DNA of 64,000 nt from NCBI RefSeq assembly GCF_964213995.1, contig NC_135806.1:105524001-105588000 (forward strand), in the 5' to 3' direction. The stretch comes from Mustelus asterias (taxonomy: Eukaryota). The translations under genes and the position numbers were made by a program. How positions within the stretch are numbered: the first letter of the stretch is position 1; the number at the start of each line of letters is the position of its first letter. Shown in pieces: positions 40,561-53,440 of this stretch. The notes under the pieces are model-generated. The model searched no databases. It was not told where the DNA came from and saw nothing but the letters and a program-made list of their open reading frames with translations.

Positions 40561-41404
40561 AACGCAGATAGTACCACTTCATATTCACTTTTAGAAGATT
40601 ATGAGGCTAGGTACTCCTCTTTGAGGGGTTAGGTGTTAGTTCTTAGAGGGGGGATCCACCTCCACGTTGTAACACTAGTGATTAGACAAAGTTGCTTTTA
40701 GGTTGCCTGTTACAGTAGAGATCTTAAAACTTGAAATCTCATCAGGTGATTCTTTCAGTCATTCATTGAAAATTCAAATATTTTTTTAAAGCTATCAGTC
40801 TCTACAAGGCTCGTAACAATTTGGTTGACACAACCACACGTTGATGGGCCACACTTGATGCATTTATCAACATAGTACTGTTGCGGTTAATTTTATCTTA
40901 CCAGATTTCTAGACATTTACCATTTTCTCCTATATCTGCAGGCATTGTAGAGAGATTTAAGCTGTTAGCATATTCTGCCAGACAAGGTATACTGTAATGC
41001 AGTGAGCTTGGTGTCCTGGACTATGAAAGAGGGCAAACGTGCTTATACCATCCTTATACAACAGAATGTGAATTTTATTGTCATGAAATAAGTATTTAAG
41101 AGAAGCAAGCTCTGCCTGTTGCTCTCAGACTATTTTTAATTTCATATTGTGCTCTTGGTTCTTTCTGCTTAGCTTGTCATGTTTTCTCTTTCCAAAGAGT
41201 GAAAGACTGATAACTCAAGTGAAACTTTCCAAAGACTGGAAACTCGAATAAATCATTTTGAAAAGGCTCATTATACGTCTCTTGAGGGGCTTCATGCTTC
41301 TGCAGGCCTCCCTTCAGTACAACCCTTAAGCAAAAGAAAAATAAAGTGATGCAGAAACTCTGAAATAAATAGAAACTTATTAAAATAATCAGCAGGTCGT
41401 ACAG

Positions 41405-43040
41405 AGAGAATCATCTATCCCTACAGTACAGAAAGAGACCATTCGGCCCATCGAGTCTGCACCGACTCTCCCCCAACACCTTATCTTGTGTAGCAGCCTT
41501 TTATATAGCACTTTACTGAACGCCTTTGGAAATTCAAACACACTATCATAAGACCAAAAGATATAGGAGCAGAATTAGGCCATTTGGCCCATCGAGTTTG
41601 CTCTGCCACTCAATCATGGCTGATAAGTTTCTCAAACCCATTCTCCCGCCTTTTCCCTGTAGTGTTTGATTCCCCTTATCAATCAAGAACCTATCTACCT
41701 GACTTGAATATACTTAATGATCTGACCTCCAGAGACTTCCCCACATTGTATTCCATCTGCCATTTCTTTGCCCACTCTCCTAACCTGTCCAAGTTCTTCT
41801 GCAACCCCCCTGCTTCCTCAATACTACCTGTCCCTCCACCTACCTTTGTATCATTTGCAAACTTAGCCACAATGTCCTCAGTTCCTTCATCTAGATCATT
41901 GATGTATAAGGTGAAAAGTTGTGGTCCCACCACTGATCCTTGCAGAACTCCACTAGTCACCGGCTCCCGTCCTGAAAAGGAATCTTTCATCCCCACTTTC
42001 TGCCTCAGTACATCTACTGATTCCCATTTATCCACCCGGCTTGTTACATCCTCGAAGAACTCTAATAAATGTTTTAAACATGTTTTTCCTTTCATAAATC
42101 AATGTTGACTCTCTTTGATTATATTATGATTTTGTAGAGATCCTGCTACTACTTCCTTAATAACAGGTTCCTGCATTTTCTCCTTTTGATCGATGTCAGC
42201 TAACTGGCTAATAGTTTCCTGCTTTCTGTCCTCCATTACATTTGTAGATTTCCCAATCTTCTGGCCTACAGCATGGTACTCCTTTTCTTTCAACTTGATA
42301 CACTACTTAATTTCCTTAAGTTAGCCACAGATGGTTTATCCTTCTCATAGTGTCTTTCTTTCATAATGCAAACTATCTTTCTTGAGCGATATGAACTATG
42401 TCTACTACTTCTCGTTTGCTATATATTACCCTTTAACCTATTTTCCCAATCCACTGTAGCCAATGTTATCTTCATACCTTTGCAGTTGCCTTTATTTAAG
42501 TTTAAGACGCTAGTTTCAGACCCAGGTTTCCCACCATCAAACCAAATGTGAAATTTTATCATATTATGACCACTATTACTTAAAGTAATGTTTCATTGAA
42601 CATTATCAGGTCTAAAATAGCCTGTTTCCTGGTTTGTTCCTGAATGTCTTATTTCAAGACACTGCCCCAAATAGATGCTATGAACTTATCCTCAAGGTTA
42701 TTTTTGTCAATCTGATTTGTTCAATCTATGTTTAAAATCACCCAAATTATTGCAGCTCTTTTTTCACAAGCTCCATTATTTCCTGATGTATACTCTGTTC
42801 TACAGTGTAGCTAGTGTTAGAGGCCCCATAAACTATTCCCACTATTGACTTCTTCCTTTTTTAAAATCTCTACCCAATCTGATTCTACATCTTTATCTTC
42901 CAAGCCAAAATAATTACTTTGCTATTGTACTGAACTCATCCTTTATAAGCAGAGCTAGTCCAATTCCTTTCCTTTCTTCCAACCTTCCAAAATTTCAAAT
43001 ACTCTTGAGTATTCAGTTCCCATCTTTGGTCACACTGCAA
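41405..43040 (-). mobile_element. Degraded, internally deleted CR1 fragments
   Basis: ORF 41691-42095(-): CLKHLLEFFE, TSGVLQGSVVGP, KFANDTK, WQMEYN. Confidence 0.8.
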
Positions 43041-43044
43041 ACAT

Positions 43045-43560
43045 GGGCAAAATTTAATGTTCTCCCCTGTGGAGTATGGTGATGGGGGTGCATTTAATCA
43101 GGCAAGGGGGCTTCAGGTGGACACCCTCCCATCTTCCTGTCTCAACCCCGATGAAATCATTGGTGGGAAGGCCTGTGGACCGCCTTCTCAACCCCATTGT
43201 CAATGGTGGCCTTAAGTAGGCAATTAAAGCCCTTTAAGTGCCTCATCCTGCTGTTGGTATTAACCCAGTTGGGGCTCACCAAACGGGAACCATGACACAC
43301 AAGCCCATGCGGGATTGCTAGTGAGCTCCCAGAGGGTCCCTCATTCAAATACACTCAGTGCTTGGTTGAGGGACCTGGCAACGGTAATGGGGGAGCCCAC
43401 TGAGATTCATCCCGCTGCCTTTTTCGATTGCCACTGCTCCTTGCCATGATCCACTCTTGCCATCACTCACCTGTGGTCTGGGTGGGCAACTAAACCTCTG
43501 AGTGCAGTACCTGCAATGGCCACCACCTCATCAGTGGCGCAAGTGTTCAGTAAAGCTGCC
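43045..43560. mobile_element. Old Harbinger-type MITE
   Basis: Starts gggcaaaattt; shares ggccttaagtaggcaattaa-like motif with 54997-56014. Confidence 0.4.
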
Positions 43561-43569
43561 ATCGGAATA

Positions 43570-43850
43570 TAGGAGAACATAGAACATTGAATTAGGAGCA
43601 AAAGTAGGTAAATTCTGCTCTTCGAGCCTGCTCTGCCATTTAATCAGATCATGGCTGATCTCTCCCCGGTCTCAAATCCACCTCTCTGCCTGATCCCTTT
43701 GTCCCCTTATCCCTCTTTTATTCAAATATATCTATCTCCTGCTTGAAACCATTCAACAATTCAGTTTCCACAAATTCACCACCCTTTGCAAGTAGTAGTT
43801 CCTCCTCATCTCAGTTTTAAATCTACTGCCTCTCAACCTGCCATCCTCTA
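43570..43850 (-). mobile_element. CR1 3' end fragment
   Basis: RGSRFKTEMRRNYYLQRVVNLW in ORF 43753-43959; tail (agaacat)n. Confidence 0.75.
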
Positions 43851-44860
43851 ATCCAGTAGTTCCCAACCAGCGTGCTGTGCCGCAAAGACCCCCTAAATGT
43901 GCCAGGAAAGATTCAAAATGATTAAAAATTAATGTAATTAAGCTAAAACTAATCTTCAACTATGTGGTTGACATCTCCAAGCATGCGCTGGCTGGAAAAG
44001 AGCTGCACATGCACGGTTTAGATTTTTTACGTTGGTCAGCCCATGCACATGACCAAGGGGACTCGGAGCTGAAGACAAAGGTTCCATACACCTGCACAAA
44101 AAGTGAAAACTCAAAAGGGGTGCAAAAACTCTGGGAGAAATGAGAAAACTGAGGTAAAAAATGGCATATGCTGTTCTGAAAATCACAATATTGAAACCAT
44201 GCCAATAGCTTGGATCTATTGTCATGTTTAGCTAATGCCCAGTTATGAGCACTATGCTGAAATTTCTGTCCTGCACTTCAGCTTTCTTTTTAACTATGTT
44301 ACCACTTTTTTCTCATACTTCATTTTTCTACCTGAGGAAATAGTACTCATAATGTTAATACGAAAGCAAAATACTGCTGATACAGGAAATGTGGCATAAG
44401 AAAAAAAACACTGGACAAACTCAGATAAAAGACAGCAACTGTGGAGAGAAACAATCAACATTCATGTTGATGACTGTTTCAAAATGTTAATCTTGTACGA
44501 AATGGATAAATTATTTGTGAACTGTGTTTTTAAGGAACTGGAGATTCCCTTTACACAGTTTACATTTATATTGCATTGTTTACATTTTTCCAAGTCAATG
44601 GCCCAGGTTTTGCAATAGCTAGAACTGAAGCTATCAGTGTTCAGCATTATTATGGCGGAAATCAGCTTTTTGGCATCCACACATGCATAGTAAAACATGG
44701 AAACCGGCCTGGGTGGGATGCTCTTTCGGCGAGTCGGTGCAGACTCGAGGAGCCAGATGCCTCCTTCTGCACTGTAGGGATTCTATGGCTCTATGGGTCC
44801 TTGACCTTGGAAAAGGCCCATCACTGATCCGGTAAGTACGTGCATGACACTTAATACAAT

Positions 44861-45286
44861 GGGGGAGGTGGTGGCATAGTGGTTTTGTCACTGGACTAGT
44901 AATCTAGGGAACCAGGATAATGCTTTCAGGGCCCAGGTTCAAATCCCACCATGGCAGATGGTAAAATTTGAATTCAATATAACATCTGGAATTAAAAGCT
45001 AAACTCAAGTGTGCTATTGAATGGCTGCATCCCTGCACATGGAAACCAAAACCATTGTCGATCGTCATAAAAACCCATCTGGTTCACTAATATCGTTTAG
45101 GGAAGGAAATCTGTCATCCTTACTTGGTCTGGCCTACATGTGACTCCACACCCACAGCAATGTGGCTGATTCTTAAATGCCCTCTGAAATGGTTTAGCAA
45201 GCCGCTCAGTTCAAGGGTAATTTGGGATGGGCAACAAACTGGTCCAGTCAGTGATGCCAACATACCCTGAACAGATAAACAAAAAG
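44861..45286 (+). mobile_element. tRNA-derived SINE with L2-like 3' tail
   Basis: ggtggcatagtgg (A box), ggttcaaatccc (B box), aaacccatctggttcactaa core, gggatgggcaac..ataaacaaaaa tail. Confidence 0.7.
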
Positions 45287-46449
45287 CAAGCCTTCCCTAA
45301 AAAGCAGGTGACGCAGGTTCTCATTGGCTTTCCAGCCAGCGTGTGACAGCACCATCATCTCCATCAAATGCCATCCCATGTCACTGAAATGGTTTCAGTA
45401 ATGCAAATAGCTAACATCTCTCCTCCTCTCCACCTTTTGTACCAAGGTTTCCAGGGCAGCCTTGCAAATCTTGGAGCTTGCAGTCTGTCACACTGTGCCA
45501 TTCTGGTGTCTATCCCAGGTCAGAATCATGTGTAAAATTACTTCCAGCACCTGTTCTATGCAGAACCCCCTTCAAGAAGTGCAGGTTGATTTTAAATAGT
45601 GCAGATCAGATTAATGCATCTCAGCCCTTCATGATTTTTCATCCATGCTCAGGCATGCTGTAATTCAAAAGATTACTTACAATTGGCTGTATATTCCAAT
45701 CAGAAGAAACAGGCACAGATTGATTGTGTATCAAAGGCTCAATGTCGATTTTTTGTGTGCATATGTGTGTGGTTGGGGAGGCGGGGGGGGGGGGGGGGGG
45801 GGGGCGTTTAGCACATTTTTCAGACAATACTTTATGTGCTAGCAGGCTATAAAACTGGCTCATGCACTGGCCCGGGACTTCAGCTTGTATAACGATGCTT
45901 TTTCTCCATGCATTGTTCAAATTATGCTTGACATTATTTTTGGGTGGTAAGTAATGAGTTAATCTGAGGTCATTAGATAAACGTGAGCAGAAGAAATCAT
46001 AGGGGGCTAGCTGTGGAGTTCTCTTTCAAAACAAAATCTGGTTTCCTTACCAAAAAAAATCAATGGCATGCAGAAGAAACAAAAACAAAACAGAATTTAT
46101 TACTTCAATTTAAAGTCCAGTACCAAAATAAAATGTTATAACACACCACACTGTTAGTTTCCACTGTTGGCCTGCAGTGTAGGCTTTACAGAAGCCAGGT
46201 TCCAAGTTCAAATTCAGACATTCAATATCACTTCAAGGATCTTTCAGTTGTCAATCAGAACAGAGAGTACTTATTTTTTTTCTGCAGTTGTTCTTAGATA
46301 TTAACAGAATAGAAATGAGAAGAGGCCATGTTTAGTTTGATGCTCAGGACCCAGTTAAACCACTGCAAGACTTTCACTGTGTCGGTCCCTCACGTTTTGG
46401 TTTCCATGTGCAGGAATGCAGCCATTCAATAGCACACGTAGTTTTGGCT

Positions 46450-47239
46450 GTATGAGTACAGGAAAGAGATAGAGAACCTGGTGAACTGGTGCGACAACAA
46501 TAACCTTTGTCTCAATGTCAACAAAATGAAGGAGATAGTCATCGACTTCAGGAAGCGTAGTGGAGGACATGCCCCTGTCTACATCAATGGGGACGAAGTG
46601 GAAATTATCGAGAGCTTCAAGTTTTTAGGTGTCCAGATCACCAACAACCTGTTCTGGTCCTTCCATGCCGATACTATAGTTAAGAAAGCCTAATAATGCC
46701 TCTACTTTCTAAGGAAATTTGGCATGTGCGCTGCAATTCTCACCAACTTTTATCGATGCACCATAGAAAGCATTCTTTCTGGTAGCATCACAGCTTGGAA
46801 TGGCTCCGGCTCTGCCCCAGACTGCAAGAAACTACAAACGGTCGTGAACAAAGCCCAGTCCATCACGCAAACCAACCTCCCATCCATTGACTCTGTCCAC
46901 ACTTCCCACTGCCTCGGAAAAGCAGCCAGCATAATCAAGGATCCAACCACACGCACCCTGGACATACTCTCTTCCACCTTCTTCCATCAGGAAAAAGATT
47001 CAAAAGTCTAAAGACACGTACCAACCAACTCAAGAACAGCTTCTTCCCTGCTGCAATCAGACCTTTGAATGGATCTACCTCATATTAAATGGATTTTTCT
47101 CTACACCCAAGCTATGACTATAACACTACATTCTGCACTCTCTCCTTTCCTTCTCTATGTACGGTATGCTTTGTATAGCACACAAGAAGCAATAATTTTC
47201 ACTGTATACTAATACATGTGACAATAATAAATCAAATCA
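46450..47239 (+). mobile_element. Rex1/Babar-type LINE 3' fragment
   Basis: WCDNNNLCLNVNKMKEIVIDFRK, FKFLGVQIT, LTNFYRCTIESIL..ITAW; tail aataaatcaaatca. Confidence 0.85.
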
Positions 47240-47240
47240 T

Positions 47241-47568
47241 GGGCAGCACGGTGGCACAGTGGATAGCACTTATGCCTCAAAGTGCCAGTGACCCGGTTCA
47301 ATTCCAGCCTCGGGTCACTGTCTGTGTGGAGTTTGGACATTCTCCCCGTGTTTGCGTGGGTTTGCTCCGGGTGCTCCGGTTTCCTCCCACACTCCAAAGA
47401 TGTGCAAGTTGGGTTGATTGGCCTTGCTAGGTTGCCCCTTTGTGTCAGAGGGGTTGACAAGGTAAATGAATGGGGTTACGGGGATAGGGCCAGGGCGAGA
47501 TTGTGGTCGGTGCGGACTCGATGAGCCAAATGGCCTCCTCCTGCACTGTGGGGTTCTATGATTCTATG
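47241..47568 (+). mobile_element. HE1-type SINE inserted in the (AAATC)n tail of the Rex1 fragment
   Basis: gggcagcacggtggcacagtgg head; CR1-like ttctatgattctatg tail; aaatca repeats on both sides. Confidence 0.85.
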
Positions 47569-48239
47569 AAATCAAATCAAATCAATCATGGGCTCCAAAT
47601 TCAGCTAGGTAGCCAGATTTTCTGTCACCATGGGTGCAGCTTTTCCTCCAAAATGGCATTTTCAATACGCAAAACCTCTGGTGCTGGCCATAGCATATGC
47701 CATTTTGATACAGTGATTAGAGTGAGTGCAGGGACTATCTGCTAGAGGTTTGCAGAGTAGGTTTGATTTGATGCCAGTGCTGTCACAGTGGAGCTCAGCG
47801 TTCCAGCTCATGCTCCAATCACCTCCCATAGTTGAAACAGACATTCAGCAGAAGGAAGGATTCTCAACCAGTGCTATTTAAAGGGATGATCAACTAATTT
47901 CAGTTTAGTCGCTGAATGATTTCTACTGGATCTTGTTGACATTTTGGAAGTATTTGCTGATTTCCAGAGTTGTTAAAAGCTGCTAAGATTGACAGGGCGC
48001 AGGTAGGGTACATGGTGAAGAACTCTGTCCTGACTTAAAGGATTCTCCATAAACCACTTTCTCCCAGACACAAATGCAGTAGTATGCATTCCCCTGAGGC
48101 CATACCATGACAGCAGGAATGAGCAAATGACACGCAAGCTGTGGGAAGAGGGAGGAGGTGGGCCTGGAGAGCGGCACCCAGCATAACACGATATCCATTC
48201 AGTATGTTCATGGAGCAATTCTCCTACCTGAAATTCAAT

Positions 48240-48312
48240 AAGTAGTCTCACAACACCAGGTTAAAGTCCAACAGGTTTATTTGGTAGCATGAGCTTTCGG
48301 AGCGCCGCTCCA
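48240..48312 (-). mobile_element. 73-bp PLE pseudo-LTR stub truncated inside the hammerhead
   Basis: Same caacaccaggttaaagtccaacaggtttatttggtagc end; TSD aaattcaat at 48231-48239 and 48313-48321. Confidence 0.85.
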
Positions 48313-48825
48313 AAATTCAATGACAAACTAAGTGTTAAACATCCGTTCACCAAAATCTGCCACTTGCTGCAGCCATAGTTGCAACTTCAGAGCAGAGCAA
48401 AGAATACTTGGTTAGTGGCTCTGAAAGTCAACATGGTCATGAATATTTATGTTTCTGGCAACTTCCAGACCCGGGAGCAGAAACACAGGGCAGAGATGGA
48501 AACTGCCAGCTGCCAGGTAGTATTTGCTCTCAGTCTGCCATGCACTGCTGCATAAGGGAAGTCAGCGATTTCTGTATTCCAAGACAGCCAAACACATTTG
48601 ATTCTCTCTTGTCAGTGTGAGCACATATAACTTCACAAGGATTGCATGTTTCCTTGGTACAGGCGTCACTAAAAAATACAAATATTACATTGAAGTTATG
48701 ACTATTGGAGATTGTCGTCTGGTGAGTCATGATGGTGTGGTGCATTGAACAGTGCATGGGGCTGATCGTGCAATTGGTGTGATGTGGTATTTAAAGATAG
48801 TCATTGCAGCAAGTCCTCAATTGCT

Positions 48826-49127
48826 TAAGTTTAAGTTTATTTATTAGTGTCACAAGTAGGCTTACATTAACACTGCAATGAAGTTACTGTGAAAATCCTC
48901 TCGTCGCCACATTCCAGTGCCTGTTCAGGTACACTGAGGGAGAATTTTGCATGGCCAATGCACCTAACCAGCACATCTTTCGGACTGTGGGAGGAAACCA
49001 GAGCATCCGGAAGAAACCCATGTAGACACGGGGAGAATGTGCAGCCCCCACACAGACAGTGGCCCAAGCCGGGAATCGAACCCGGGATCCTGGCGCTGTG
49101 AGGCAGCAGTGCTACTACTGTGCCAAC
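48826..49127 (-). mobile_element. HE1-type SINE
   Basis: Reverse complement of the 17147-17423 family. Confidence 0.85.
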
Positions 49128-50323
49128 CGAAGTTACCCCATTTAACATTGTTGCGTTTTAACATGTTTATTCTTTAGGACCTGTTCTTTCAATTTGCATC
49201 ACCATTACCGGTTTCGCATTCTGGTCTAGCCCATGCCCATGTTTTGCTGCCGGAGCTGCAGCTGCTGTCACCAGAGACCAAGACTGCGGGAAGAGACTGA
49301 GGTCCGAGACCCGGGAGCAGAAACACAGGCAGAGAAGGAAACTGCCAGCTACCAGCGGCCACAGTGGTAGTGAAATGTGAGTAACCAGGGACAGGGTAGG
49401 AGGAAGCATTGGCTCAATCTATCCCCCTCTCTCCCCCACCGGCTTTATCAGTGTCCCCCACAGTTCCATCCACAGACCGGGTAAAGGGCTTGGCCCCCTG
49501 CAGACTGCCAAGAACAGGACCAAGCTCCCGGCACAGGTGCAAGCCTTGATCAGAACCTTAGGTAGTTGACGCATTTCCCTGAGCTGGGCAGGGGAGTAGA
49601 GTAGGATGGGGGTGAGACGGAGTAGGAAAAGAGAGAAAGAGAGGCAAAATGGAAAAGGAGAGAGAGAAGGAAAGGAGAGAGGGGGAAAGGAAAGCAAGCA
49701 AAAAGTTAAGCTGGGTTTCCGGATTGCTGTTGGTGAGATACAGAAACTGTGCTACTCATGGCTTGTTTGGGGATTTAGAGTTATCTAATTTCAATCTGCA
49801 TAGTATTTGTGTTAGATTTAGTGATTTATTTTGGAAGTTATTCCAGCTAGGAGTGCACAGTTCTGCAGAGGTACAGTACAGTATTAAACTTGCACATGTG
49901 ATTTTTATGGGCCTGATAGAACCCAACTCTAGCTTTAACACTGATTCCTGTGCAACCCATGATCCACTTGGAGTTGTTTCATTTAAAGTTGTGATTTTCA
50001 GGGACACAACCATAAATTTATGCAAGGACTTTCTGGTGGTAATCTGAAATAAAACAAGAAAATACTGGAAAAACTCAACAGGTCTGGCAGCATCTGTGGA
50101 GGGAAAAACAGAGTTAACGTTTCAAGTCTGAATTGTAGTTATTCCCAAGCTTTATTGATTTTTCCTTAAGGCAAATGATTCCCTCCCTTCTTTGGCACAA
50201 CCTTAGAGAACCTTTGAGACTGCTCTCTGGCCTACTGTGCCCTGTAGTGTTCTTCTTACTCACACTCTCTTATGCAACCAATTCCAGCATCCACACCAAC
50301 CAGAATGCACTTCCCCTGTAAGT

Positions 50324-50730
50324 TCATAAGATACAGGAGCAGAATTAGGCCATTCAGCCCATTGCGTCCGCTCCACCATTCGATCATGGCTAATGTGCTC
50401 CTCATCCCCATTTTCCTGCCTTCTCCCCATAACCCTTCAACCCATTACCAATTAAAAATCTGACTCTTCTTTAAATTTACTCACTGTCCCAGCGTCCACT
50501 GCACTTTGGGGTAGTGAATTCCACAGATTCACAACCCTTTGGGAAAAGTAGTTTCTCCTCAACTCTGTTTTAAATTTGCTACCTGTTATCCTAAGGCTAT
50601 GACCTCTCATCCTATGCCCTATAAGAGGAAGCATCCGCTCCATGTCTACTTTATCCATACCTTTTATCATCTTGTATATCTCAATTTGATCTCCCCTCAT
50701 TCTTCGAAATTCCGTAGAGTATAGGCCTAA
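50324..50730 (-). mobile_element. CR1 3' end fragment
   Basis: ORF 50452-50700(-): MRGDQIEIYKMIKG..RGHSLRI..RRNYFSQRVVNLWNSLP. Confidence 0.85.
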
Positions 50731-51656
50731 ACTGTTCGGGCCAGTTTTAACTGGTGTGAGTTGGGTTTAAATGGTATCAATGTTCCATAAACCTGGGCCC
50801 CCTGCTGAGTCATGCAGCCACTGAGCAGCACAGCTAGTACTGATAGCACACAGATATTATGCAAATCAATGGGTAGCACAAAGTAATTATAATGCATCGT
50901 GATACCTGCAGGTGTTTCCAAGGCCAGTCCAATTTCGTGGCATTGGTATTTATTCAATGAGTTAGCTCAAAATATGGAACAGGCACTCCTTAAATTGAAA
51001 AGCACTCCCCCTGTATTTTTAAATCTTCTTTCAGACATGCTAAGGAGTACAAGTAAACATTAAGTCCTACAGTCAGGAAGACAGAAAAAAAACAAACTGG
51101 CAGTGGTGGCAAATAATCTGCTTGTACTTCTCACTGTGAGTGCAATCAGTTTCAACAGAACAACCACATTCAGTGACCTCCAACAATTGATTAAATCCAA
51201 TCTCTGTTTGTGCTGGGTACATCAGAATCCAGAGTATACTGATGAGAGGGGAGGGGAGGAATGATAATGATTTATATGATTTTCAACAGTTCTAAAGAAA
51301 GCAGTCAGTTGCTGACAGTCTATGCTTTTCTGCTTTCAAACTGTCACTTAATTACATTTCTCCCTTGTACATTATTATCATAAATAATTAAAGGTTACAT
51401 ATTTTCACTAATATTTTTGGTGGAAATATGATACTGAAATGCTATTTAAATAATGATGCAGCCATTTATATTAAAACTTATATTTTAAGGAATGTTACTG
51501 GACCAAACAAGAAGAGAAACGTCAGTGATGAGATTTATAATAGTGTGTGCTTTTGTCATCCACTACGTGTGGCAGACACTCCAAAGCCAAGTACTATTGT
51601 AGAATAAACCTCTTCCTTTTTTAACTTCTCAGCTTTAGAAGATATCCAATGTCCAT

Positions 51657-51825
51657 GATCAATAGCTCAGTAAACAGGTTTATTGGTGGGAGGGCGTGCA
51701 ACGTTGCAGGTCCTTTTGTGGGCCAGATCAGATTCACTCCAAAGACACATGCCAGGTTTGAAGGGTTCATTTTATTAAAAATACTCCTGGGACACCATGT
51801 TAAGGAAGCATATCAGGTATCCCAG
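51657..51825 (-). pseudogene. ARHGAP8: Captured ARHGAP8-like (RhoGAP domain C-terminal) coding fragment with a 2-nt frameshift
   Basis: Minus strand translates [14 protein letters not shown]/(S)[42 protein letters not shown], close to recalled ARHGAP8 [57 protein letters not shown]; frameshift at cag gag|t att ttt aat. Confidence 0.8.
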
Positions 51826-52499
51826 TCATCTTTTGGGCCCGAATGAAGTTGCCAATTGTGACCAATGTGCACCAAACCACGAATAACAACTGCTCACATA
51901 CATTTCATTTGGAATCCTTGATGGCAACACACAGTGAGAGGCCTTCTATTCCATCAGAAATGGCTAGATCCCAAACCATGTCCCAAGGGTGAAAGAATCT
52001 GATTTTATCCACATTGATACAAAAATGAAGCTTGCATATAATCAATTTAGAACTGAAATGTCAAATGTCTCTTTTATCCATTAAAAGCCATGGTCATCAA
52101 TTCATTTCAATCTCATGTTCTGCTGTCCGTCTTTTCCTCAAGGTGGTAACTGTAAGTGCAGTTAAAACCAGGTTTTGATTTTTAAATAAACATTATAATA
52201 TTAATTTCTATAGCCATCAATAAAAAATTAAAAACATGTGCATTCAACTGATTTATGCATTTAAACATCTCTGAAATAAAATCCAAATTGTAAAATTGAA
52301 AAAGCTCTATATTGCAGGCAGCTGTTATGCAGGTGTAAATATCTGTCTGATGTGCACCATTATCCAAACAAGCATGTTGCCAACATATACAAACAACTCA
52401 GTTGACAATGTATGCATAAGTTGTATCAAGAATCCGCACAAAGTGGAATCCTACATTAGTATCATGTATTTAGAGTGTGAAAACATATGGGTATTTTCA

Positions 52500-52675
52500 A
52501 CATAAAAGCAAAATATGCTGGAAATCTGAAATAAAAACAAAGTTCTGGAAATACTCAGCAAGTCTGGCAGCATCTGAAGAAGAGTCATATTTGACTCAAA
52601 GCATTAACTTGATTTCCCTCTCCACAGATGTTACCAGACATGCTGCGTATTTCCAGCACTCTCTTTTTTATTTTT
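52500..52675. mobile_element. Old palindromic PLE-derived element (third family) with decayed hammerhead
   Basis: ctggaaatactcagcaagtctggcagcatctg inverted to cagatgttaccagacatgctgcgtatttccag, around CTGAAGA a gagtca tatt tgactc aaag; half-copies at ~50040-50130, ~44360-44480, ~19670-19730. Confidence 0.55.
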
Positions 52676-52831
52676 GGGCATTTTTAACACCATAATAAGA
52701 CATTCCGTACATGAGGATGATTTTTTAAAAATCACAATGTATATTTAAATCATTTAATAATATCCAGCCTTATTCTTCATTTCAAAGTACTGGAAGGAAT
52801 ACATTAGATCTATTTATTAAAATAAACTTAC

Positions 52832-52893
52832 CACCACCACGAATGTAAGAATCCTGGTGGTTCTCCTAATGTGATGTTTTTCTCCCATCGTAT
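52832..52893 (-). CDS. SSBP2: SSBP2 coding exon (exon 3 equivalent): IRWEKNITLGEPPGFLHSWW(C)
   Basis: ttatcttttag|ATA CGA TGG GAG AAA AAC ATC ACA TTA GGA GAA CCA CCA GGA TTC TTA CAT TCG TGG TGG TG|gtaagt; 62 nt, phase 0 to phase 2, continues the previous exon in frame. Confidence 0.96.
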
Positions 52894-52947
52894 CTAAAAG
52901 ATAAATTGAGATCACACCATTGTATTGACAGGTGTACTGTATGTTTA

Positions 52948-53440
52948 CAACAACAACTTGCATTTATACAGCACCTTTTAATGTAATGAAACATCCCAAA
53001 GCACTTCACAGCAGCATTATAAAGAGGGCAGGATTTTCTGGCCCTTTCCACCAGTGGGATCTTCTGGTGGGACAGATGAGCCATGCAAAACGCCGTAGAC
53101 ATCAGAAGGACTGGAAGATCCCACTGGCGGCCAATGGTGAGCAGTCCCCAACGCCAGAACACACACCGCGTGGAGGGCGGGGGGGGGGGGGGGGGGGGGG
53201 GGGTCAGAAAATCCTGCCCAAAGTTTGACACCAAGCCACACAAGGAGATATTAGGTCAGATGAGCAAAAGCTTGGTCAAGAAGGTAGGTTGTAAGAAGTG
53301 TCTTAAAGAACGAAAGCAATGCAGAAAGGCAGGACGATGTAGAGACGGAATTCCAGAGCTTTAGGCCGAGGCAATTGAAGGCATGGTCACCAATGGTGGA
53401 GCAATTATAATTGGGAATGCACAAGTGGCCGAATTAGAGA
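52948..53440 (-). mobile_element. L2-like 3' fragment interrupted by a MITE
   Basis: caacaacttgcatttatacagcacctttt..aaagcacttcacag end motif; continues after 53220. Confidence 0.55.
53026..53219. mobile_element. Harbinger-type MITE with poly-G tract
   Basis: Perfect 15-bp TIRs gggcaggattttctg / cagaaaatcctgccc. Confidence 0.8.

Larger units (their letters stand above)
37112..40674 (+). mobile_element. Probable solo LTR (Gypsy/ERV-like) split by nested insertions at 37816-40560
   Basis: Ends TGTTGCAA (37112) / TTGTAACA (40674); near-TSD ctaa/ctag; CCAAT (~37429), TATAAAA (~37468), AATAAA (~37780); alternative start at 37132. Confidence 0.55.

Noticed and set aside
40902-40935. 34-nt cryptic poison exon on the SSBP2 strand (cag|ATATAGG..CTG|gtaaga; TG+A would give a stop)
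   Set aside because: Poor pyrimidine tract; such matches are expected by chance in a 37-kb intron
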